From contig JAFZXK010000012.1 of NCBI GenBank assembly GCA_017616785.1, positions 32,004 to 96,003 of the forward strand: DNA of 64,000 nucleotides, read 5' to 3'. The first letter of the stretch is position 1. Each line of letters opens with the position of its first letter. Source of the DNA: Alphaproteobacteria bacterium. GTDB taxonomy: Bacteria > Pseudomonadota > Alphaproteobacteria > Rs-D84. The translations under genes and the position numbers were made by a program. Shown piece after piece: positions 1 through 7,900 of this stretch. The notes below the pieces were generated by a model that worked only from the letters and a program-made list of their open reading frames with translations, was not told the DNA's origin and made no database searches.

Positions 1-5
1 ATCAA

Positions 6-341
6 TTGGGCGCGTGGTATGTTCTGCAAATGCTGATGCGGCGGCCGGAAATTTCGGGCTTTGTGTTGGTGTCGCCTGATACGGCAATGTCGGACTTTGC
101 GTTTTTGTCACCGCGGCCGAATCGTGGATTGCTGCTTCAGGGTGCCGAAGAATCGGACGATGCAAAGCATTTTTCGGAACACCTTACCCAGGTACTAAAA
201 AAACAGGCGCAAATAAGTTTGGAAACAATTCGTATAAAAAATGCAAATCAAACATATGCCGCGCCCGCGGATTTGCGACAATTATATAATGACCTAAAGG
301 CGTATGTTGGTCGTGAAAATGCGGATACCAAGTTATTGTAA
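6..341 (+). CDS. C-terminal fragment of an alpha/beta-fold hydrolase-like protein (5' end outside window)
   Basis: ORF open to the window start, in frame from position 3. Hydrophobic core followed by a charged C-terminus is typical of an alpha/beta hydrolase C-terminal region. It does not match RuvA, which usually precedes ruvB. Ends 11 nt before the ruvB start. Confidence 0.45.
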   Translation: MGAWYVLQMLMRRPEISGFVLVSPDTAMSDFAFLSPRPNRGLLLQGAEESDDAKHFSEHLTQVLKKQAQISLETIRIKNANQTYAAPADLRQLYNDLKAYVGRENADTKLL

Positions 342-352
342 CGGATTATGCG

Positions 353-1348
353 ATGGAAAATGCAATAAATGACCGTTTTATGAATCCAAATGTTCCCGAC
401 GAAATGGCCGGGTCAATTCGGCCAAAGGTCTTGGCCGATTTTATTGGCCATGAATCGTTAAAGCAAAATTTATCCGTCTTTATATCGGGGGCGCGGGCGC
501 GCGGCGAACCAATGGACCATGTGTTACTTTATGGGCCGCCGGGACTCGGTAAAACCACCCTTGCCCACATTGTGGCAAATGAACTTTCCGCGAATTTTCG
601 GGCGACATCGGCGCCAATGCTAACCAAACAGGGGGATTTGGCGGCGATACTTACCGCACTGGAACCGATGGATGTGTTGTTTATTGATGAAATTCATCGC
701 CTGCCCACGGCGATAGAGGAAGTTTTGTATTCCGCAATGGAAGATTTTAAACTTGATATCATGCTTGGCGAAGGGCCGTCTGCGAAGAGTGTTCGTATTG
801 ACCTGCCCCCGTTCACTTTGGTTGGGGCAACAACGCGGACGGGGTTACTGTCTAATCCGTTGCGCGATAGGTTTGGAATTGATTTGCGACTTAGTTTTTA
901 TTCACCGAACGATTTGGCAAAAATTATTCGGCGCAGTGCCGGGATACTTGGCACGGAAATTGATGAAGGGGGGGCGTTGTTACTTGCCAAAAGTTCACGC
1001 GGAACACCGCGTATCGCCAACCGTTTGTTAAAGCGTGCACGTGATTTTGCCGCGGCAACTGGGAACAGTGTTATTACGGAATCTGTGGTTCGGACGACAC
1101 TCGAACAACTTCATATTGATTCTGATGGGCTGGACCAGGTTGACCGCGAATACATCAATGCAATTATAATGCACTATGCGGGCGGCCCGGTTGGAATTGA
1201 TAACTTGGCGGCGGCACTGTCGGAGCCGGCGGATACTATCGAAGATGTTATTGAACCGTATTTAATGCAACTGGGGCTGATTCAACGCACCCCGCGTGGA
1301 CGCATTGTGACCGATGCGGGTTATAAACATATGGGGTTAGAGAAATAA
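353..1348 (+). CDS. ruvB: Holliday junction branch migration DNA helicase RuvB
   Basis: 331 aa. Walker A motif [13 protein letters not shown], an AAA+ core, and RuvB-specific segments (GHESLKQNL..., ...[17 protein letters not shown]). Confidence 0.95.
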   Translation: MENAINDRFMNPNVPDEMAGSIRPKVLADFIGHESLKQNLSVFISGARARGEPMDHVLLYGPPGLGKTTLAHIVANELSANFRATSAPMLTKQGDLAAILTALEPMDVLFIDEIHRLPTAIEEVLYSAMEDFKLDIMLGEGPSAKSVRIDLPPFTLVGATTRTGLLSNPLRDRFGIDLRLSFYSPNDLAKIIRRSAGILGTEIDEGGALLLAKSSRGTPRIANRLLKRARDFAAATGNSVITESVVRTTLEQLHIDSDGLDQVDREYINAIIMHYAGGPVGIDNLAAALSEPADTIEDVIEPYLMQLGLIQRTPRGRIVTDAGYKHMGLEK

Positions 1349-1350
1349 TT

Positions 1351-1731
1351 ATGAAGGTTCATAAATTCAAATTTTCGGTGGCGTATGCGGATACTGATGC
1401 GGGCGGCATTATGTATCATGGGCGGTATATCGAAATTGCGGAACGCGCGCGTATGAATTGGCTTGGGAAAAATGCACGGCCAGTTGCGACGGATGTTGGG
1501 TTGGTTATTCGTGATTTGCAAGTTAGGTATCTGCGGCCATTATTCTTGGCGGATGAATTTGTTGTGAAAACGGTTGTAACCAGTATTCGGGCGGCGTCGG
1601 TTGCGGTTGAACAAAAGTTCGTGAAAAATGGTGAAATTTGTGCTATACTTACCGGGACGGCGGCATATTTGGATGCAAATGGCCGCCCGGCGTGTATGCC
1701 GGATGTGTTAGTGTGTGCGTTAAAACAATAG
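1351..1731 (+). CDS. ybgC: Tol-Pal-associated acyl-CoA thioesterase YbgC (4HBT fold)
   Basis: 126 aa. N-terminal motif VAYADTDAGGIMYHGRYIEIAE matches the YbgC/4HBT hotdog family. It sits immediately upstream of tolQRA, as in the canonical ruvB-ybgC-tolQRA arrangement. Confidence 0.8.
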   Translation: MKVHKFKFSVAYADTDAGGIMYHGRYIEIAERARMNWLGKNARPVATDVGLVIRDLQVRYLRPLFLADEFVVKTVVTSIRAASVAVEQKFVKNGEICAILTGTAAYLDANGRPACMPDVLVCALKQ

Positions 1732-1750
1732 TAAAAACAAGGGGAAAAAT

Positions 1751-2203
1751 ATGAATTCGTTTTCGTTATGGAAATTATTTACAACCGATGTCATAACGGC
1801 GGTTGCGTCGGTGGTGCTGGTGGTGTTTAGTGTGTTGTCTTGGGCGGTGATTGTTGAAAAAATACGACTTTTCCGCGCCGTGCGTCATAAAAAGCCGACG
1901 GGAAATCCCGATGTAGCGATTCGTCCGTTTGATAAAAACCTTTGGTTTTTGGCGATGGTTGCGTATATTTCGCCGTTTATCGGACTCTTTGGAACGGTTT
2001 GGGGGGTTATGGATTCATTTTCTTCGATTGGTGCAAATCAATCGGTAAGTATTGGTGTGATTGCGCCGGGACTTGCCATTGCGTTGGGAACGACGGCGTT
2101 GGGACTTATTGTTGCGATTCCGGCGGCAATCGCGCATCAGGTTTTTTCAAAGCGCGCCGATGATTTATATGACGCGATAGGGGGACACGAAGATGTCGCG
2201 TAA
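1751..2203 (+). CDS. tolQ: MotA/TolQ/ExbB proton-channel protein (short TolQ)
   Basis: 150 aa with three predicted TM segments. TolQ signature GLFGTVWGVMDSF. The start codon is preceded by the RBS 'aaggggaaaaat'. Followed by tolR with a small overlap. Confidence 0.75.
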   Translation: MNSFSLWKLFTTDVITAVASVVLVVFSVLSWAVIVEKIRLFRAVRHKKPTGNPDVAIRPFDKNLWFLAMVAYISPFIGLFGTVWGVMDSFSSIGANQSVSIGVIAPGLAIALGTTALGLIVAIPAAIAHQVFSKRADDLYDAIGGHEDVA

Positions 2204-2594
2204 AAGACGTTGGATTTCGGATGCAACCATTACTTTGACACCAATGATTGATGTTATGACGGTGTTGCTTGCGGTGTTTATGGTGACGACACCGATGATG
2301 ACAAATGGAATCGATTTGGAATTGCCAAACGCCGGAACAACGGTTTTGACCGGGACCGACCACGCGATGCAGGTTAGTGTCGATTCGGCTGGTCGATATT
2401 ATTTGGGAACTGTGGAATTACCGGCTGATGAGGTTGTGACCCGTGCGGTCGCAATGCGGGGTGAAAATCCCAACTTGACCATTGTTATAAATGGGGATAC
2501 GCATGCGGACTATGGCGCGGTGATGAATGTTATGGGAAAATTAAAGACCGCGGGTTTTCAAAAAATTGGGCTCAGAACGAAACTGGAAAAATAA
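2193..2594 (+). CDS. tolR: ExbD/TolR biopolymer transport protein
   Basis: 133 aa. Motif TPMIDVMTVLLAVFMV and a single TM segment followed by a periplasmic domain, typical of TolR/ExbD. Confidence 0.8.
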   Translation: MSRKRRWISDATITLTPMIDVMTVLLAVFMVTTPMMTNGIDLELPNAGTTVLTGTDHAMQVSVDSAGRYYLGTVELPADEVVTRAVAMRGENPNLTIVINGDTHADYGAVMNVMGKLKTAGFQKIGLRTKLEK

Positions 2595-2597
2595 AAT

Positions 2598-3353
2598 ATG
2601 GCGGGATTCAATCATTTTGCATCTGAAAACATTGGGCTTTCGGTCCTTGGGCATTTGGTTGTTTTGTGCGTCTTGGTTTTTATTGCGAGTGTGGTTATTG
2701 GCGAACGCGAAAGGTTTGTTGCACCCGATCGGATTCAGATAATGATGATAGATTTAAGCCAGGTAAAGGTTACCGGGGACGAGTCCGTTTTGTATAATAC
2801 TAATGTTCCGGACAAAGATGAGAAAAAGGAAGAAAAACCCGCGGAACCAAAGCCAAAACCGGAACAAGATGCCGCGGTAAAAACGGAACAAAAGATTGAA
2901 ACGCCGACTGTTATGCCCGAAGAAAAACCGGCGGAAAGGGACGATGCGAACCCAAAGGAAGAAAAGCCCGATGATAAGCCGGCGACGGTTAAAAAGACCG
3001 TAATTCGTGTGAATCGAAACACGACTTCGTTGCATACGGGACTGGCCATTTCGATTATTGATGCGTTGCGGTATAAAATGACGCGTTGTTGGGTGATTGA
3101 TACATCGCGTCCGGATATTTCGGGTATTCGTGCGGTCGCGCATTTAACGATGCGGACAAATGGAACGGTTGCGAATGTATGGTTCGAAGGTGCGTCAAGG
3201 GCGGAATCTGATCCGGCGTTTGCATATGTGCTGGATACAATCCGTGCGGCAATAAATGCGTGCCAACCCCTGGACATGTTGCCGCGTGAAGAATATAAAA
3301 CATGGCGTGAGATTCAACTGACATTCTATCCGGCGCAGGGAACGGTGATGTAG
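2598..3353 (+). CDS. tolA: TolA-like protein (N-terminal TM anchor, Lys/Glu/Pro-rich linker, C-terminal domain)
   Basis: 251 aa. TM helix, then a KEEKPAEPKPKPEQD low-complexity spacer, then a globular C-terminus. Positioned after tolQ-tolR. Confidence 0.6.
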   Translation: MAGFNHFASENIGLSVLGHLVVLCVLVFIASVVIGERERFVAPDRIQIMMIDLSQVKVTGDESVLYNTNVPDKDEKKEEKPAEPKPKPEQDAAVKTEQKIETPTVMPEEKPAERDDANPKEEKPDDKPATVKKTVIRVNRNTTSLHTGLAISIIDALRYKMTRCWVIDTSRPDISGIRAVAHLTMRTNGTVANVWFEGASRAESDPAFAYVLDTIRAAINACQPLDMLPREEYKTWREIQLTFYPAQGTVM

Positions 3354-3375
3354 TGGTTAGTGTTAGTGTTAGTAC

Positions 3376-3400
3376 GCGGGGCAAAAGCCCCGCGTTTGTT
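3376..3400. terminator. bidirectional rho-independent terminator (GCGGGGC-AAAA-GCCCCGC plus T tract)
   Basis: Perfect 7-bp GC stem with a 4-nt loop, flanked by T tracts. Lies between convergent tolA (+) and the exported-protein gene (-). Directly preceded by a GTTAGTG heptamer run (3354-3375). Confidence 0.7.
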
Positions 3401-3426
3401 TGAATATTAAACTTTGGGCGTGAAAC

Positions 3427-4146
3427 CTATCTGCCCTTATACAAGTTTTGACGGCGCCGATTATATTTTGCGGTATCAAATTGCTGCATCTGTTTTGTGT
3501 AAAGTGCGGGACGAACGCTGTCCATGCGTGATTTATATTCATGCTGTGTATTTGTATCGCCAGATTTATAATTAAAATCACCCCGCATAATACGATAGCC
3601 TTTGCTGGTGTACCAAACGCTGTCTTCCAATGACATGCCATATGGTTCATAACCGTTATGTGGTAAATGCGCACCAGTGTATTTGTTCACATATATTATT
3701 GCGTTACCCGCATTTACTGTTTTGCCGTATTGTTCCAATATGTCCCAGTATTTGCCAATTGTATCACGTGCGCGATGAAAATCATAGGGTGTATAGTAGG
3801 TGCAAGTTATGACGTTTGATTGAAAAGAATTTGTATCCGGCATCAATGTAATCCGATCAATATTATGGCGATTGGCATAGTATTCAATTGTGTCCGGATT
3901 TATAAAATCATTGTAGCCAATCCAATTATACCAGTTCCATGTAATGGTTGCCTTTTGGTCCGCCGTCAACATTGTGGCCGGTTCGCCCGGGTCCATTGGA
4001 ACCAAAAGGCTTGAATCGTTTGGTGCCATTGATGGTGTTTGTTTTGATGTGGCGACATCGGGGATTGGTTCCTTGGTACATGCGTTGTTGGCAATGGCCA
4101 TTAACGCCGCAAGGTAAAATATATAGTTTACTTTTTGTTTTTTCAT
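3427..4146 (-). CDS. exported hypothetical protein (signal peptide, possible lipoprotein), Tyr/Trp/Asn-rich
   Basis: 239 aa. N-terminal hydrophobic signal sequence ending ...AIANNAC (weak lipobox). RBS 'aaaggaaagaaac' before the ATG. A consensus promoter lies upstream. Confidence 0.6.
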   Translation of the reverse strand: MKKQKVNYIFYLAALMAIANNACTKEPIPDVATSKQTPSMAPNDSSLLVPMDPGEPATMLTADQKATITWNWYNWIGYNDFINPDTIEYYANRHNIDRITLMPDTNSFQSNVITCTYYTPYDFHRARDTIGKYWDILEQYGKTVNAGNAIIYVNKYTGAHLPHNGYEPYGMSLEDSVWYTSKGYRIMRGDFNYKSGDTNTQHEYKSRMDSVRPALYTKQMQQFDTAKYNRRRQNLYKGR

Positions 4147-4172
4147 GTTTCTTTCCTTTGTACGTCCCCTTA

Positions 4173-4201
4173 ATTATAACGAAAAATTTACGTGTTGTCA
4201 A
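4173..4201 (-). promoter_or_regulatory. consensus sigma70 promoter (TTGACA-N17-TATAAT) for the exported-protein gene
   Basis: Minus-strand reading gives cTTGACAacacgtaaatttttcgtTATAATtaagggg, about 30 nt upstream of the RBS and ATG at 4146. Confidence 0.6.
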
Positions 4202-4227
4202 GATGTTGATTTTGTCATAGGGAGGGG

Positions 4228-4429
4228 CCACTACCCCGCGGCATGTTATGCCGCACCCCTTCGCCCGGCGAAGGGGATCGATCCCCTTTCCCGCGGAAAG
4301 GGGCGGCGCCGAACGGCGACGGGGTATGGGTCCGTCTACGCTTTGCTCCGCCGAGACTAAGTCCATTGGCGCTTTGCGCCACCACTACCCCACCGCGTCC
4401 CGCGGTCCCCCCCTTCGCCCGCGAAGGGG
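4228..4429. repeat. cluster of five GC-rich stem-loops (CCCCTTCGCC...GGCGAAGGGG family) downstream of rnpB
   Basis: Hairpins at 4238-4254, 4256-4276, 4283-4303, 4368-4380 and 4407-4429. Direct repeat CCACTACCCC at 4228 and 4382. GC content far above the local average. Confidence 0.6.
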
Positions 4430-4457
4430 AATAAAAAATCGTCCCCGGACGGGGACG
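4430..4457 (-). terminator. intrinsic terminator of rnpB (CGUCCCCG-GAC-GGGGACG plus U8)
   Basis: Hairpin at 4440-4457 and an A tract at 4431-4438 on the plus strand, which is a U tract on the minus-strand transcript. Confidence 0.7.
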
Positions 4458-4461
4458 GATT

Positions 4462-4798
4462 GCCGTGATAGCCGAATGATAAGCCGGATTCTGTTCCGCC
4501 CATATTCAGTGTTGTTCCGGCGCGTTCAACACCAAACAAATGGGTGGCAGGCATAATTAATCTGTGCAATGTGTTACCACAAAGCATCAAGCCCTCTACC
4601 CGTTTCCGATTTGGGACGATCATTGGAAACCTATTTGAAGTTGCTGCACACAGAGATTGCCCGTTTCACCCGGGTTAAACCCGTATCGTCACTGTTGCTC
4701 TAATCGTCAGATTGCTCTGCCCGGTGATTGGCCGGTGTGTTGTCCCAATGCAGTCCGGACTTTCCTCCGCCACGGAAAAAGTTGCGACGGCTATGCCT
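4462..4798 (-). ncRNA. rnpB: RNase P RNA, bacterial type A
   Basis: Minus-strand sequence contains GGAGGAAAGUCCGGACUGCA (CR-I, P4 5' strand). It also has GGGUGAAACGGGC, CAAAUAGG...GGGUAGAGGGCUUGAUGC and ACAGAAUCCGGCUUAUC (CR-V), in the same order as E. coli M1 RNA. 5' AUAGCCG can pair with 3' CGGCUAU (P1). Followed by an intrinsic terminator. End coordinates are approximate (+/- 10 nt). Confidence 0.8.
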
Positions 4799-4816
4799 TT
4801 ATTCAACTATTCGTGA

Positions 4817-4846
4817 TTATAATACGCAAATGAAAAAAAATTGCAA
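4817..4846 (-). promoter_or_regulatory. putative sigma70 promoter for rnpB (TTGCAA-N18-TATAAT)
   Basis: Minus-strand -35 at 4841-4846 and -10 at 4817-4822. Predicted +1 is about 10 nt upstream of the mature RNase P RNA 5' end. The AT-rich divergent region is shared with the giant gene promoter. Confidence 0.45.
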
Positions 4847-4946
4847 ATACTTTTTATAAAAAAACATAAAAAAAAATTTTTTTTGGTTGCGGTTGGTTAT
4901 CTAATTTTCTACACTGGGGTCATAGGAATGGAAGGAAAGGGATTGA

Positions 4947-7900
4947 ATGTCACGTTTTCTGCGGTTTTTTAGGGTTTTTGTCGTTGCAGTTATATGCGGT
5001 TTTGGCGCACTTTCGGCGAATGCATTGGTTACATTGAATGATGGTGGTGCAATATATGCCGGTGCGCCACATAGTATCGAAAGATTGAATTCCAATACAC
5101 AATTGATGGCTTTTCCATATAGACCTGGGTACGGGTTTGCCGGGTATTATACTGCACAGGATTGTGCCAGTAATGCCCAGCAGATATTGACACACGAAGG
5201 TACATGGACTGGAACGCAGTATGATGGCACAATTTATGCATGTTGGGTGCCGTTGGTTCCTGGTGGAATTAATAATCCTTTTGGACATACAAAATTATTT
5301 GTTTTGGATAAAAACGGTGGTGATACGGTTGGTAATATGTGGCCAAATCTGGACCAGCCAATTGAGTTTGATACGACTGATTATAATTTTGGTGGAACCG
5401 GGCGTAGTATAAGGTTTGAAAATCGTGGTGATTGGGTATATTTGCAGTGTTATATTTATAGGGATGGTATATGTGATGATTTGCAGTGGCGTATGCCCAG
5501 GGATGCGGCGGGGAATCAGGCAATATTTAGTCCTACAAAACTTTTTTGGACCATTCAGGGCGTACAGGAACTTCCGACGCGTTCGGGGTATGCGTTTGGG
5601 GGAATGTACAGTACCAGCGGTACAACTGGTGGAACGCAATATTGTAATGCGAATGGTAATACCACGGATATAAATTCGTTGTGGAATAACAGTTTGCCGG
5701 CATTCAACACTATTTATGCCCGGTGGAATGCGATGACGGTGTATTTGAATGGCACTGGTGTTTCGCCAAATCCTGTTTATTTTTATGGTGGAAATTGGTA
5801 TTCGGATAGTGGTGCCACGCAACCTATAACCGCGTTAACAAGTTTGCCGCAAAATGGAAGCTTTGATTTTCTTGGTTATTATACGGCGCCGGATGGTGGT
5901 GGAATACAGATTGTTCGTGAAAATGGAACATTTCTTACCGGGGACGATGTAACGGGGGCAATCACGGATGGAATTCATTTGTATCCATTGTGGCAGAGTG
6001 CACCAACATGGGCGACGTTGACGATAAATGACCGGGATGAAACGACCGGTTCGGTTCCGAAACCTTTGTATTATCCGTTAAGTGGGTGTTCTGTATCCGG
6101 TTTTAGAGCAACACAATCGTGTGATGCGGCCACAGTAAACAATATAACCGTGCCAACGAAAAATGGTTGGGTGTATGGTGGGCATTTTGCGGATGCTGGT
6201 GGAACTGGAAGGGCTTATATAAACCCCGATGGAACCTTTAACCAGTTGAATAACGGGATTTCCGGTGATTTAACCATATATGCAAAATGGACATTTAGTA
6301 TTTCATATTCCACCGGTGGTTCAGCAACGTGTACATATGGAACGACGTGCGCTGCGGCGGCGGCGCCAGAGCCACCGTCTTCTGGACAAGTATTCAACGG
6401 ATGGGCGTGTACGTTAAGTAACGGCGGGGCATGCGCCCAAAGTGTTTACCCCGAGGGTGGAAATTTGGCGAATGCCACGAATAATACTGCTGGGGTGACT
6501 GGCATCACCCTAACCGCGACATGGTCGTCGACGGCACCGACCTATGTTTACAAAAAGGTTACATTGGATCTAAATGGTGGAACGATTGGTCCAGCCCAGG
6601 TTATTAATAAGATTTTTGAAGGTTTTAATGGTAGTGTGTCTTTGGGATTCTTTACTTGTCAATCCGCGTCTTGTAATAGCACCGGGTCGAGTTGTACATG
6701 CGAAGGTGCAACGGCGATTTTGGGTTCGATATTTGATGCTGGAATATCACGGCCGACCAATGGAAACAATGCATTTGGTGGGTATTATACCCATAGTAGT
6801 GGTGGGTATGAAAGAGTCGATAGCGAAGGGTTTATAAAGGGTGAACTTTACAGTGCTGCACCAGTAACCATTTATGCGCATTGGGTCGCACCGCAAGAGG
6901 TTAAATTGGATGCTGGTGCTATGGGTTCGTGGTCAAATTGTAGTGGCAAGGTTTTGGAATATGCGGGGTTGCCGTTGACGCCGATTGGTAATGACTGTAA
7001 ACCAACGGCGGCAAGTGGATATACTTTTAAAGGTTATTTTGATGGAAATACAAAGTATTATGATGGTAACTTAAATCCGGTGCGTGATGCGTGGCCGATG
7101 TCGAATGCCCCAACCGAATTGGTGGCTGGTTATGATGCGGTGCTGTATGCGGTAAATTATTATTGTGGCAATAATCTGGTGCATACGGAGTATGTGGCCA
7201 ATAATGCTCCATATACCATATGGGATGGAAATGGTGGAACCGCATGTGGTGACCCTGTATCCGCATCACCGTCGTCCGCGGGAAGTCGCCTCGCCGGGTG
7301 GCAACAACAGAATACCTCAACCGAATATGGTCTTGGACAGAATGTTTCTCCTTTCGTAATTACGGGGTCTATAAATCTCGTAAGTGTGACACGCAGTATT
7401 TATTATGTAACATTGAATCATAATAATCCAGATAATACCCCATCGCCAGATAGCGTTTATTTCTGGAACGGACATTGGTATACTGGGAACACCGCCGTCG
7501 CCCCCAGTCAGATAACGACTATGAATCCAAAACCTGTAATGGCCGGGTATACATTTAACGGATATTATACCGGAAACAATGGCACAGGAACACAGGTTAT
7601 CGATTCTGAGGGTGATTTTATAGATGTTCCGGTGACTACCATAGGGCAAAACGGTGCACAAATAACCGCCAATTGGACAATGCGGCAGTATGCGGTACAG
7701 TTGATTGCTGGTAACGGCACCTGTGACAGCGGTTGCAGCACATATATGTATTATCAGGCAAATGTCGGATGGACCGCAAATTCAAATGGTTCTACGCCTA
7801 TTACATCTATTAATCCGCCAACACCGCCAACGGGTCAGGTATTTAGTGGGTACTATACCGGTCAGAATGGCACCGGAACGTTGGTTGTGGATGGCAGTAG

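Noticed and set aside
6-341. First ORF as ruvA, expected upstream of ruvB
   Set aside because: The sequence lacks RuvA domain III and HhH motifs. It looks instead like the C-terminus of an alpha/beta hydrolase, so ruvA is apparently not adjacent in this genome.
2735-3384. Minus-strand ORFs 2735..3277, 2754..3143, 3055..3384 antisense to tolA
   Set aside because: Antisense to a well-supported gene. Low-complexity translations (S/F/G-rich) arise from the repetitive Lys/Glu/Pro linker of tolA.
4230-4430. GC-rich structured region as tmRNA, SRP RNA or 6S RNA
   Set aside because: No tmRNA tag-reading frame or CCA-acceptor/T-arm motifs. No SRP domain IV motif (GGAA...AGCAG). More consistent with REP-like hairpins.
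4248-4623. ORFs 4248..4556 (+), 4243..4434 (+), 4357..4623 (-), 3926..4366 (-) as protein-coding genes
   Set aside because: They lie over the RNase P RNA gene, its terminator and the GC-rich hairpin cluster. Amino-acid composition is Arg/Pro/Gly-biased, typical of GC-rich non-coding DNA. No RBS.
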